DNA from: Corallochytrium limacisporum Hawaii
Taxonomy: Eukaryota > Protista > Pluriformea
Direction of reading: 5' to 3'
Length of the DNA: 64,000 bases
NCBI GenBank assembly: GCA_002811645.1
Contig: PDIP01000122.1
Location: 247,143 to 311,142, forward strand
Shown here: one piece after another, positions 21,001 to 31,333 of the stretch
Layout of the letters: each line of letters starts with the position of its first letter
Position numbering within the stretch: the first letter of the stretch is position 1
Notes under the pieces: generated by a model
Database searches by the model: none
Told to the model about the DNA's origin: nothing
Seen by the model: the letters and a program-made list of their open reading frames with translations, nothing else
Program-made: the position numbers and the translations under genes

Positions 21001-24000
21001 TCTCGGAGATAATGATACTGGTCCAATATTGCGCAATGCATGCGGTTGTCCGATACAGAGCGAATTCTGGTTATTTGAGTATGGTAGCGCTCTTCAGTCA
21101 TGGCGGACATGAAACATACAAAGCAGACGCACCGGCGTGAGGTACGCATGTACATGGTACGAAGTAAACGCTCCTGGTTGCCATCGCGGATATGCCCCAG
21201 ACGACAGAACACCCCTGAGGGCACTTCTGCAATGTTAATTGAAGAAAGATGTTTCTTAAGTGTTTGGACGCCCAAAGACGAGAAGCGGCAAAAGTGCGCA
21301 GAATCTGTCGGTTCGGAGGAGCGAGTGATCGACAGTGACCCCCAGATTCTGTCGTCACCGCGTTTTCTCACCGTTCTCACTCTGGCCCAAGGCCATTGCA
21401 TCAAACAATCCAACTGCGTTCCACAAACACTTTCTGCGCATTCAAAGGGGGGGAGGGGGGGTTATTTACAAATGAAAGGTGTGTTCTTTAATGACTGGTC
21501 AAATTAGATATTTGTTCCATTGTTCTTTGCTCCCATGAATTTTCGTTTATCTGCAAGGTGTGATTTTGTCACACAAGCCAGCCACCAATCATCGGATCTC
21601 TAATTGACCATATCACTTGGTACTTCCAAACTTCAGTGTCTGTGAGAAAGAGAAAGCTAACAGGAATAGTGGGGGTAACAAGGTTCTCATGGGTGTTTGT
21701 GTGCGCTCTAAGGAGACGCGTGCGCAGCGCTGCCCGCAAAAGACGAGATATAGTTCTATACTATACTCGAATGAAACTGATGGCATTGGGCGGGTGATCA
21801 AGATTCCGCGGCATCCATCATTCTGCTGTTGGAGGGAGCACACGATATCCGCCCCCGCATACAGAGAATAAGGGGGGAGCTCCTCAACGTCACTGAAATC
21901 TTTGGATGGGCTCAAAATAGTAACAGCGAGTTTCTGATCGGGAAAGTACACATTTGCGCAACTAAGGTGTTTATCGCAACGCACGGCGTGACTTCTGGAA
22001 CCAGTGTCCCGGCCATCCATTGCTTGTTGTTGTTTTGAAATGCGATTTGGCACCCTCTTTTAGGGCAGTGAAAACAATCACTTGCGACAACTGATAGTGT
22101 TCAAAGGTAGTTGTGGAATGGCTCGTCTTTGGGTTCATGGGTTCCTGTTCGTAGCGAGTTCGTTTCTGATGGTGGGTAGGTGGGCGTGTGGACTCCAGTG
22201 CGACCTTTCGTACCGCTCAAGACAGCATCCTCAAGATATCATCAAAGGACAAATGTACGGCGTCAGCGGGGATAGGAAAGAGCAGGAACATGACGGAAAG
22301 GCGGGACTTGTTTCCTCCTACTCCGCGTAACAGAACCATGCCTTCAGAGATATGCGTAATAAAGCATTCAAAAACTTTCCTTAAACATCTCCAAACGTTC
22401 TTGATTACAAAGATTAGATCGATCAACCGTCCCCGAAAGTACTTGGAACGTGCCTACTGCCACCATGGTTTCGGCGAAATGGCTACCACAGACTTTTAAC
22501 GTACTGGAACACGCCGAAGAAACCCCTCGAGTGTACTCGCAAATCACAAACAGAGGTCCAAAGCTGAGAATGTACACGCGGCCTGATATTAAACAACCCA
22601 CATCCTGCTTTTCCCTGTTCCGACAACAAGCGCCCGCCCCTCCCCTTGCGGCTTTTCCATTTCATACCCCCTTGCCAGCGTATTATAATTCTCCTACGCA
22701 TAACCACTGCGCTTTGTCTGCCCCACATAATTTCTGCGCCACCTCTCGACAAGTGTCTGCGTGCTGGACCCAGTCCTCCGTGTTTTGCGTCCGTGAGGAA
22801 TTGAAAACGCTTTAAGCCGGCAGCCTATCAATGTGTGCCATCAACAAGTGCACATCATGTTGTAGATCTATTGTGGCTGCTGTCGATGCAAGTCACAAGG
22901 TTTGCGATGTTGGGAAAAGTTAAGTCACCATGGGCATTCCTGTTACGGCGTGTTCTTTGCTCGGGGCCAGGAGTGGCTTTTCCCAGCTGTGTTTGCCACT
23001 GCCCTATTGCCGTTCGTCCAGTGCAGGAGGCCATGAGGACGATACAGATGCTCAAGAGCATAACCGCCAAGACAATAGACCAAGGTTTTAAAGGAAAAAG
23101 CACAGAGTGTGTTCTAGCACATTGGCGCGGCCGCTGGCGTCCCCGCCACCCGCTCGGCTGCAGACTTGCGCCTTGCTTCCTCAATACTTTGGAGCAATTC
23201 AAAGGAAAGAATATGAACCAAATGAGCCGGAATGCGGCCATGAAAGCCTCTGAACGGTGACGATTTTTGTTAGATTGACTTACGAAGAGAGATACCAAGA
23301 TGATGCTTAATCTCACAAGCTTCATCAACAATCACATTTACTTTGGCTTCTAAACGAGTCGGCCCTGTAGTGCGTAAAAAGGTGGACTCGTTTGGGTTCT
23401 GAAACAGAACGGCTCTTCCAGGGCTGCCGGCCACCGCACCCCGCCCATGCGATCCTTGGCGCAATTCCTGTCGCATTGAATCGCCAGCCGAGGGAAAAAA
23501 AATTGGGAAGACAAAGGGGGCGCCAGCTGAAGAAAAGAGAAAAACCGTAAAGCAAGAAAACCAACCTGCGAAACTTTGGCCCCCCGGCCCCCGGGGGGGG
23601 GGGGAACTGGCTGGGACGGACGGACCGGACCATAACCAAAAGCGGCGAAGACAGGGAAAAGATGGGGGGCCCTTTGGGTCTCGCTAGCCTTTTGGTCTTT
23701 CTCCCTTAATCGGCAGACCGACAAAAAACTGCGCAAATATGGAGAAAATTGATTGGCTTGAAAGGAATAAGAAGAAAAATGAAAAGATAAGAAGAAAAAG
23801 AAGAAAAAGCTAGATAAAAAACAATGAGGAAGGACGCAGTGCCTATCAGCACCACTCCATCGCCGATGTATTTTTTTTATTACTCCAGTGTTTGGCAGTG
23901 TGCGCACATCGAATACATTCCAATTTCATTGCACACTGAGTGCGTGTCCCCGACGGGGAGAAGGGGGGGGGTGAAACACGGACCCCTTCTTTCATGTTGC

Positions 24001-25009
24001 TATCCTTCTGTAAAGAGAATGATGAGGATGCACTTATGCTGTTGTTCTTTTTTGCTTCGACTCACAAAGACCAAGGCGGCATCATCTTTGTCTTCATTGC
24101 CATGGATGGGTTTTCTGTCGTTAATGCGCATACGCTTCAGAATGAATACGATTCCCTTGCCATTCGTGCGTCGTCATTCATCGGCTTAGGAACAATTGGG
24201 TGCGAAAGTGAGCACCGTTGTGGATGATGTTTGTGAACGATCTGTACAAAAGCAACAAAAAAGGGCGGAATGCACTTTTGTTTCGGGACTTGTTGATGAC
24301 GGGCGACCATCGAAATGCCCGAAGCTTCTGACAAAGCATGCGAGAACTTCAAAGGATGTGCTCCACACTCTGGCGCCCTGCGCGGATCGGGCTCTGCTCC
24401 AATTAGGCCGTGTGCACAAGTCAGGGTGGAAACAATATTATCCAGGCCCCGCAGTGGGGGAGAGCCACCCAAGCAAAGTGGGAGATGAAGGGGGAAAGGG
24501 GGAAAAGAAGATCAGGAAGAAGAAGGGGGGGAAGAGCGAAGGGGCGGGAGGAGACGAGGGGAGGGGGGAAAGGGGGGGTTCGACACCGTCCAAGCGTGGA
24601 TTGATGCAGGATTTGGGTATCGTCTATCTGCGCACTTTTCATCTTGGTCTCTTTCCGGTGATTGTGACACATTTGCGTCAAATTCTTATGCTTCAGATAC
24701 AGGCATGCATAGGCATTCGTACTTTGACGGTGTGCACAATCCTAGATTGATGATACTTTCGACGCTTTGCAATGAAGCACTGGTGCACTTACAGCTATTC
24801 AGAGATACTGTAATCTTAAAGTTCATAGTGAAAGATTTTAGGATGCAATAAGAAGTGTGCTTCTTCTTATCATATCACTTGCCCCACATCGGGTTTTCTT
24901 TAAAGAAAAACTATTCATACGTTCGTTCTCTTGGATCTAAGCTAAAGAAGCCTGGTAAAGAAGTCAGATCGGACGTACTCCGCGAACAACAGTCCCTCGG
25001 AAACAAACC

Positions 25010-28000
25010 ATGAGGAGCAACTCGTACGACGTGAGTAAGGTCGACGATACCTACAACGTCCGTCAAGCTGAGGACGACTCTGATGTCCTATACTATCAGC
25101 CCAAAACTGAGGCAAATGGCACCACTGGCCGTCGCGGTTTAATGGATCGCCTCCGCGGTTCCGAACCCGCTGAAAGCGATTCTTCTTTCGACCCCGGTGA
25201 CCGGGCATTTGGCGACAGCCACTATGATTCCGTTGTGCGGGAACCTGAAACTGCTCACACCAACGGACAGACTGAGGAAAATGACACCTTGGGTGGTTCC
25301 TCTGGCCATGTCACTCCCAGAGCCATTGACGACACCTCCATGAACACCGGTGCCGAGGTCTCTCCCGACAAGGCAGTTGATGAGGAGGAGATGTACGATA
25401 CATCCTCCAACATGTCTGTGGAATCTGAGATCCCCAAGACTCGCTGGGGTCGTACTAAGCGCTGGATGAGGAAGCATAAATTCTGGACCTTCATCATCAT
25501 TAGTGCCCCAATCACTCTGGTCATTCTGCTAATTGTGTTCCTCGTCATCATTCCCGCCGTGGCTCAGGATGCCCTGAACGGAGCCGACCTCCAAATCACC
25601 CAAGTCGTTCTCACTAACCCCGATGCTGAAAACGGAACAATTGATGCCAGAGTAGTTGGTACAGTTTCCGGTGCCGGCTCCTTTGCTGCTAACACCAAGG
25701 CTGCCCCGCTTACCATTTACAACGTGAGCAAGAAGAACCGCCGTGATGCGGACAATTCCTTGGCCCAATCTCACAACCCCGATGACATTATTGGTCAGAT
25801 CACTTTGCCGCCTCTTGAGATCCGTGGTGGCAGTGCTGGATTTAACGTGACTGCTCAACTGCAGATCCCCAATGGTGATGCCTTTAACACTGCTGCTAAG
25901 GAGATTGTGGAGATGGATGAAATCGAATGGGAGTTTTACGTTGAGAAACTTGACCTTGTGGCTGGCCTGGGCTCTCCAGTGCTGCACATCAACGGTTTGC
26001 ACATGGACAAGATGGTGAAGATGGCTGGCATGGGTGGTCTGTCCAAGGTCAATATTGAAAAGTTTGACATGACACATTCCAACCAGACCAGTGTGAACTC
26101 CATGATTACTCTGTCCATCGACAACCCTTCCGTGTTTAGCATGGACCCCGTGGGGATTCTCGAGCTGGATATGTACTACGAAGGAAAATACCTTGGCACC
26201 GGAACGACTACTTCCACTATCTCCATGGTGGAAGGCAAGAACACCATGGGAGTTTTCGCCCCCATCACACCCGAGGCCGGTAGCAACAAGCAGGTTGCAG
26301 AGCTGTTCTCCAAGTACGTCAGTGGTAAGTCTGCCACCGTCACCGCCAAAGCCAACCCCAAGAAACCCACCAACATTCCATTCTACGCTGGGGCCCTGGA
26401 TGGGTACGAAGTGACCACCGTTCTGCACTCGAACATTGATGAGATTGTGGACAGCATTGACCTGCACACCATTGATCTCAACCCTAATGATGATAAGTCC
26501 TTCCACTTGACCTCAAATGCCCAAGCCGTGCTTGCTGAAATTCTGGGTCCGAATGCTTCAATGAACATCACGAAGCTGAGTTTCACCGAGCTAAACATGG
26601 TTGCGATGTCTGATGATGGCGATGACGACAAGATTATGGCCACCATTGTTGCCGATGATGTTCCCGCTAAACAGGTAAACAATACCACTATTGATATGCC
26701 CCTGAACAACGTACTTGCTACTATAGAGGACAAGAAAGCCTTTGTTGAGTTCGCCAACGAGCTTGTCGCCTCTGAAAACTACAACGGTCTAGGTCTCAAC
26801 GCTATTGGTGATTTCCTGGTCGAGCTTCCTATTGGCCAGTACAATCTCACGGGCATCAACTTCACAAAGCGGGTGCCCCTGAAGGGTCTGAACAACCTGG
26901 ACAGCCTAAAGGTCACCAAAGTGGAGTTGCCTGGCGACGTTAAGGGTAAGGGTAAGGGTCTGCTGTCTGCCACATCCGCTACCCTGGACAACACCTCTCC
27001 AATGCAAATGGACATGAGGAAGGTTATCCTTGGTCTGAAGTACAACGATGTCATTATCGGCGAGATTGGACCTGGTGTGGATGTCCGCCTCAACGACGAC
27101 GCAAAAAATCTTGTCATTGGCCGTGGTCAACAGTCATTGGCTCTGAATGGAGCCATTGTTCCGAAGAACAACGACGAGAAGACGCAGCAGGTATTCGGTG
27201 AGTTCTTCAGCAAGTACATCAACAATGAAGCTCTCGAAGTAGAGGTTGTCGGCCTTGGTCTTGGTGGTAGCGAGACCGAACAAATTGATTGGCTCTCTGA
27301 AATTGTTCAGGGCATCTCCACCAAGACTACTATTCAGGGCATTGTAGTCAATCTTATCCAGAACCTTACACTCACGGCAGTAGACCTGGACGTTCCTCCT
27401 GCCGACAGTAAGGCTGGCGCTTTACTTGGTGCTTCGCTGTTGGCTCGCTACCACAACCCGTTCGGCATTAGTCTCGGTGTGGCCGAGACTGCCTTCAAGT
27501 TGCAGGTTGCGAACTACGGAACTCTGACTTCCGACACTTTTAAGCCTGTAGACTCCGACACTGGCTCCGTCGTGGGTCTGTCCTTTGAAAAGGTTCCCCT
27601 GATGTTCGACGGTAAGACCGGTGAGGAAGCATTCACTGATTTTGTCATCAAGACCCTAAAGTCCTCCGAATCTACTCTGGAGACATCTGGCGATTTGGAC
27701 ATCATTGCTGTGATGAATCTGCCCTTCCGGGTGACTCTGACAGGCGTGAAGCTGGGCAACCAGTCTTCAAGCTTCGAGGGCTTCAACAATTTGCCCGGTA
27801 CCGTTGTTTCCAACATCAATTTGCCCCACGATACCAAAAACGGTATTGCTCTGACCTGTGATGCTACCATTTCCAATCCATCAATCGCCAGCGCGTCTTT
27901 GGGCGCCGTAAACTTTGATATCTTCTACAAGGATGTCAATGTCGGTACCGTTACCGCGAACACAAGCCTGAAGGCTAAAGGTAAGAGTACCTTGAGTCTG

Positions 28001-31000
28001 AATGGTGAGATGATCAAGGTGGCTGACGAGCACCTCCCACTTGTCAGTGAATTCATGTCTCGCTTCATTGCCGGTGATTTGATTGACACTCAGGTGAGAG
28101 GCGCCTCCACTGCAGTACGAAACGATGGCTGGGCAGGTAATGCCGTCCGCGCCCTGACCCTTGACACTACGCTCCCTGGACAGAAGCTCAGTATCATCCA
28201 GACTATGCAGATTGATGCCCTATCTCTTGACGTCGACCAGAACAAGGGCACCGCCCAAGCTGGTACCACTGGTGCCACAGCAACCTATAAGTTGCCTTAC
28301 GGCTTCAGCACTGAAATTAACCAGGTGAAACTAGATTGTGGTATCAACCCTCACTCCAGTAAGTCCCGCCGTGACGGTGGCAACCCAGACCCAGGTGCCT
28401 CTGCCGCGGCTGAAATCATAAGCGGATGGGTCGACACCAAGGACAAAGATCACACTCTCAGCATCAGTGGTTTCCAGGGTGCCCTTGAAGTCCACAACTC
28501 TGATCAGTTTGCCAGTGTCGTCCACTCTCTGGTCTTCTCCGAGACCGCTGTATTCGACATGATTGGTACCACAGATGCCAAGGTCACCACCAACATCGGT
28601 CAACTGACCCTTACCGGTGTCTCTCTTGGCAACGCCGGCATGGGAATGAAACTCAAAGGTATGAACGGTCTGAAGGATGTAACGATTAACAGCCTTGACC
28701 TGCCCGGCCAGGATAAGGACTCTATTCTGGTCGTCACCAATGCCACGATCATGAATCCATCAGAAACGTCTGTGAACCTCGGTCCGGTCAACTTTGAGAT
28801 TCTGTACAAGGGAGTGAAACTCGGCGAAGTTGTCTCTGAGAAAACCCAGCTTCTGCCGAATCAAAAGAATTCCATGTCACTGACAGGTCACATCAAGCCT
28901 GATCTGCCCGCTGACTTCGCTACCGTTTCCGAATTTTTCACCCGTTACACCCAGAACCTGAGCTCTCCCGCGACAGTGCGCGGTCTCGGTGGTGCAGGCC
29001 CTCATGTCCCCTCCTGGCTCGCCCCGACTGTTGCCCAGTTGTCTCTGAATGCCTCTGTGCCTGGTTACGGTTCCAAGCTCGACATTATCAAGGGCATCAC
29101 CTTCGATGCTGTGAAGACCATTGTGGCTGAGAACGGGGACACCTCGTTTGTTGTCCAAGGATCTGCCAAGTACGAGAATCCCTTCAAGTTCGACTTGGGT
29201 GTCGCTGAAATTCGTATGCATGCAGGCATTGATGATGACATTGCCTCCATGGACATGGCTGATTTTGCCAAGACAACCTACAGCAAGCCCACCGAGATTG
29301 GTCTGGACATCACCACCCCAGTCAAGGTCAACAAGCTGCAACCCTGGATTGACTTGGTCTCCAACATTGTTCTTGGCACTGAATTCGATTTTGGTGTAAG
29401 TGGTACCACTGACGCAATGGTTGACCTTGTGATCGGTACCGTGCAGATCAACGGTCTAGCGCTGGACGTCCCGAAGATCACCCCGATAGCCGGTATGCAC
29501 GGCTTTGCCGGTGAGCCCGTCATCATTGAGAACTTCAACATCCCCGGCGATGTGCCCAATGGCATTGGTTTGAACGTCGAAGCTTCTCTGGTGAACCCCA
29601 GTCCCGTTACCATGGAACTGCACTCTGCGACCTTTGATGTTTTGTACAATGATGCAACTGTGGGCCGTCTGACTTCCACTCCCATGATCATTAAGGGTGG
29701 TATTCCCAAGACCCGTCAAGACATGAACATGACTGGCTGGATCGCTCCCATTAGCGGTGACTCCGCACTGCCCGAAATCTCTGAATTCTTTAGTGAGTAT
29801 GTCCAGGGTAATCCGGCCATTCCAACCTCTGTTAAGGGCTACACCGCCTCCGGTGCTGGCAAGAACAATGAATGGATTGCTCCTGTGCTCCAAAAGGTCG
29901 TTCTGAAAACGTCTATGAAGGGTGATGCCAGCTTTAACCCCATCAAGGGGGTCACTACCACCAGCGTTGATGCCCACTTTGGCACTGGCCGTACCAACCC
30001 GACCATGTCAATGAAGGTTGACGTCGATTTCCAGAATCCCTTCCACTTTGACCTTGTCACTGAGCAGTACCAAATCAATGCGGATCTCAGCTACAATGGC
30101 AAGCAGTTCGGCAGCATTGCAGTGGACAAATTCACCAAGGTAGACTCTGCCACCACTACTGACATTAAGATGACCATCAGTAGCACTCTGAACGTCACCA
30201 GTCCGGAGGACAATATCGCCTTCACACGTTCCATCCTCGTTGCGAACAATACTGAAGTGTCAATGGTTGGCACTTTTGATGCTATTGCCAAGACTAGGAT
30301 CGGTGTTCTCACCATTAAGGGAGTCAACATGCAGAAAGTCGGCACGAGCATCAAATCTATGGGTGGCCTGGGCATTGTTGAAGCCAAAAACATGTTGGTA
30401 CAGACATCTGACAAGGTGGGCTTGGACTACACTGTGGACTCTCATTTCAGCAACCCATCTATCGTTAGCACCACTATTGAGGGGGACACTGTCATGAATG
30501 TTGGATTCCTTAATGGCACTGTTGGTACCATCACTCTAACCGACTTCAACCTTCCCGTTGGTGACTCCATTTCTCTTTCCAAGGGCAAGGTGTGGCGCTC
30601 CGCTGGTGAGTCTGCAAACGCCCTCTTCAGCCAGTACATCCTCGGCCCGAACATCCCTCTCGTATTGTCCGCTCCCGACGACGACAGTGGTAACTGGGTG
30701 CAGCAAGCTCTGCGGCCCCCTGCATCACTGCATGCCAGTCTGGACTCCATCAACCAAGAGTTGGTGCAAAAGACAAGCATCAAGTGGATTAAGCACCTAG
30801 CCATTAAGGACACTGAACTGGAGACCTACCTCACCTCGTACAACCCCCTCAACGTTCCGATCACTTTGAACTCTGCCACTGCAAATCTGAACTTCCACGA
30901 CTCTTCCACTCAGATGGCTGTCATGGATAACCACGACCTTGGCTATGTGATCCCCGCCAACGGCACTGCAAAGGACCAAGTCATTGTCACTGCGTTCAAT

Positions 31001-31141
31001 AAGGAGCTGCCACGGGCGCTTATCGATGTCCTTGCCGGTGGCCTCTACGTTGACATTTTGGAAGGTAAGCTCGGCATTGATGTGGTTGGTTTCCCGGTGA
31101 CTCTGGATTACCATCAAGACGATGTCAAGGTCGGTTTGTAG
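25010..31141 (+). CDS. Giant single-pass type II membrane protein with about 6 DUF3712/LEA2-like repeats (fungal Tag1-like)
   Basis: 2043 aa. An acidic disordered N-terminus is followed by a basic cluster and a TM helix (FWTFIIISAPITLVILLIVFLVIIPAVAQ). Motifs of the type (L/M)xG(M/L/F)xxL...LP.D, NPS and F.ILY recur about every 290-300 aa. Many N-x-S/T sequons. Confidence 0.85.
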   Translation: MRSNSYDVSKVDDTYNVRQAEDDSDVLYYQPKTEANGTTGRRGLMDRLRGSEPAESDSSFDPGDRAFGDSHYDSVVREPETAHTNGQTEENDTLGGSSGHVTPRAIDDTSMNTGAEVSPDKAVDEEEMYDTSSNMSVESEIPKTRWGRTKRWMRKHKFWTFIIISAPITLVILLIVFLVIIPAVAQDALNGADLQITQVVLTNPDAENGTIDARVVGTVSGAGSFAANTKAAPLTIYNVSKKNRRDADNSLAQSHNPDDIIGQITLPPLEIRGGSAGFNVTAQLQIPNGDAFNTAAKEIVEMDEIEWEFYVEKLDLVAGLGSPVLHINGLHMDKMVKMAGMGGLSKVNIEKFDMTHSNQTSVNSMITLSIDNPSVFSMDPVGILELDMYYEGKYLGTGTTTSTISMVEGKNTMGVFAPITPEAGSNKQVAELFSKYVSGKSATVTAKANPKKPTNIPFYAGALDGYEVTTVLHSNIDEIVDSIDLHTIDLNPNDDKSFHLTSNAQAVLAEILGPNASMNITKLSFTELNMVAMSDDGDDDKIMATIVADDVPAKQVNNTTIDMPLNNVLATIEDKKAFVEFANELVASENYNGLGLNAIGDFLVELPIGQYNLTGINFTKRVPLKGLNNLDSLKVTKVELPGDVKGKGKGLLSATSATLDNTSPMQMDMRKVILGLKYNDVIIGEIGPGVDVRLNDDAKNLVIGRGQQSLALNGAIVPKNNDEKTQQVFGEFFSKYINNEALEVEVVGLGLGGSETEQIDWLSEIVQGISTKTTIQGIVVNLIQNLTLTAVDLDVPPADSKAGALLGASLLARYHNPFGISLGVAETAFKLQVANYGTLTSDTFKPVDSDTGSVVGLSFEKVPLMFDGKTGEEAFTDFVIKTLKSSESTLETSGDLDIIAVMNLPFRVTLTGVKLGNQSSSFEGFNNLPGTVVSNINLPHDTKNGIALTCDATISNPSIASASLGAVNFDIFYKDVNVGTVTANTSLKAKGKSTLSLNGEMIKVADEHLPLVSEFMSRFIAGDLIDTQVRGASTAVRNDGWAGNAVRALTLDTTLPGQKLSIIQTMQIDALSLDVDQNKGTAQAGTTGATATYKLPYGFSTEINQVKLDCGINPHSSKSRRDGGNPDPGASAAAEIISGWVDTKDKDHTLSISGFQGALEVHNSDQFASVVHSLVFSETAVFDMIGTTDAKVTTNIGQLTLTGVSLGNAGMGMKLKGMNGLKDVTINSLDLPGQDKDSILVVTNATIMNPSETSVNLGPVNFEILYKGVKLGEVVSEKTQLLPNQKNSMSLTGHIKPDLPADFATVSEFFTRYTQNLSSPATVRGLGGAGPHVPSWLAPTVAQLSLNASVPGYGSKLDIIKGITFDAVKTIVAENGDTSFVVQGSAKYENPFKFDLGVAEIRMHAGIDDDIASMDMADFAKTTYSKPTEIGLDITTPVKVNKLQPWIDLVSNIVLGTEFDFGVSGTTDAMVDLVIGTVQINGLALDVPKITPIAGMHGFAGEPVIIENFNIPGDVPNGIGLNVEASLVNPSPVTMELHSATFDVLYNDATVGRLTSTPMIIKGGIPKTRQDMNMTGWIAPISGDSALPEISEFFSEYVQGNPAIPTSVKGYTASGAGKNNEWIAPVLQKVVLKTSMKGDASFNPIKGVTTTSVDAHFGTGRTNPTMSMKVDVDFQNPFHFDLVTEQYQINADLSYNGKQFGSIAVDKFTKVDSATTTDIKMTISSTLNVTSPEDNIAFTRSILVANNTEVSMVGTFDAIAKTRIGVLTIKGVNMQKVGTSIKSMGGLGIVEAKNMLVQTSDKVGLDYTVDSHFSNPSIVSTTIEGDTVMNVGFLNGTVGTITLTDFNLPVGDSISLSKGKVWRSAGESANALFSQYILGPNIPLVLSAPDDDSGNWVQQALRPPASLHASLDSINQELVQKTSIKWIKHLAIKDTELETYLTSYNPLNVPITLNSATANLNFHDSSTQMAVMDNHDLGYVIPANGTAKDQVIVTAFNKELPRALIDVLAGGLYVDILEGKLGIDVVGFPVTLDYHQDDVKVGL

Positions 31142-31333
31142 GTGAAAACTTGCTGCACGGCTGAATCGACGTCTATCCATAAAGAATGGCGCACATCTTA
31201 TATCAGAGCGCCATCATGTTGAGAAGCAAAGAAAACTCAATTTGAGATATACTCACTTTACACTTATTACACTTCTATTCACATTCACGAAGACAGAAAT
31301 CTGTCCATATCTTGACTTCCACATGCGCATGAT

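Noticed and set aside
20781-23331. ORFs of 120-210 aa in the gene-free block
   Set aside because: No recognisable motifs, mostly non-ATG or weak-context starts, and atypical composition (Cys/Arg/Ser-rich).
24576-24590. B-box-like GGTTCGACACC (and GAGTTCGAGCCC on minus at about 7905-7916)
   Set aside because: There is no A box, cloverleaf or acceptor stem, so these are not tRNAs. An isolated TFIIIC site cannot be supported.
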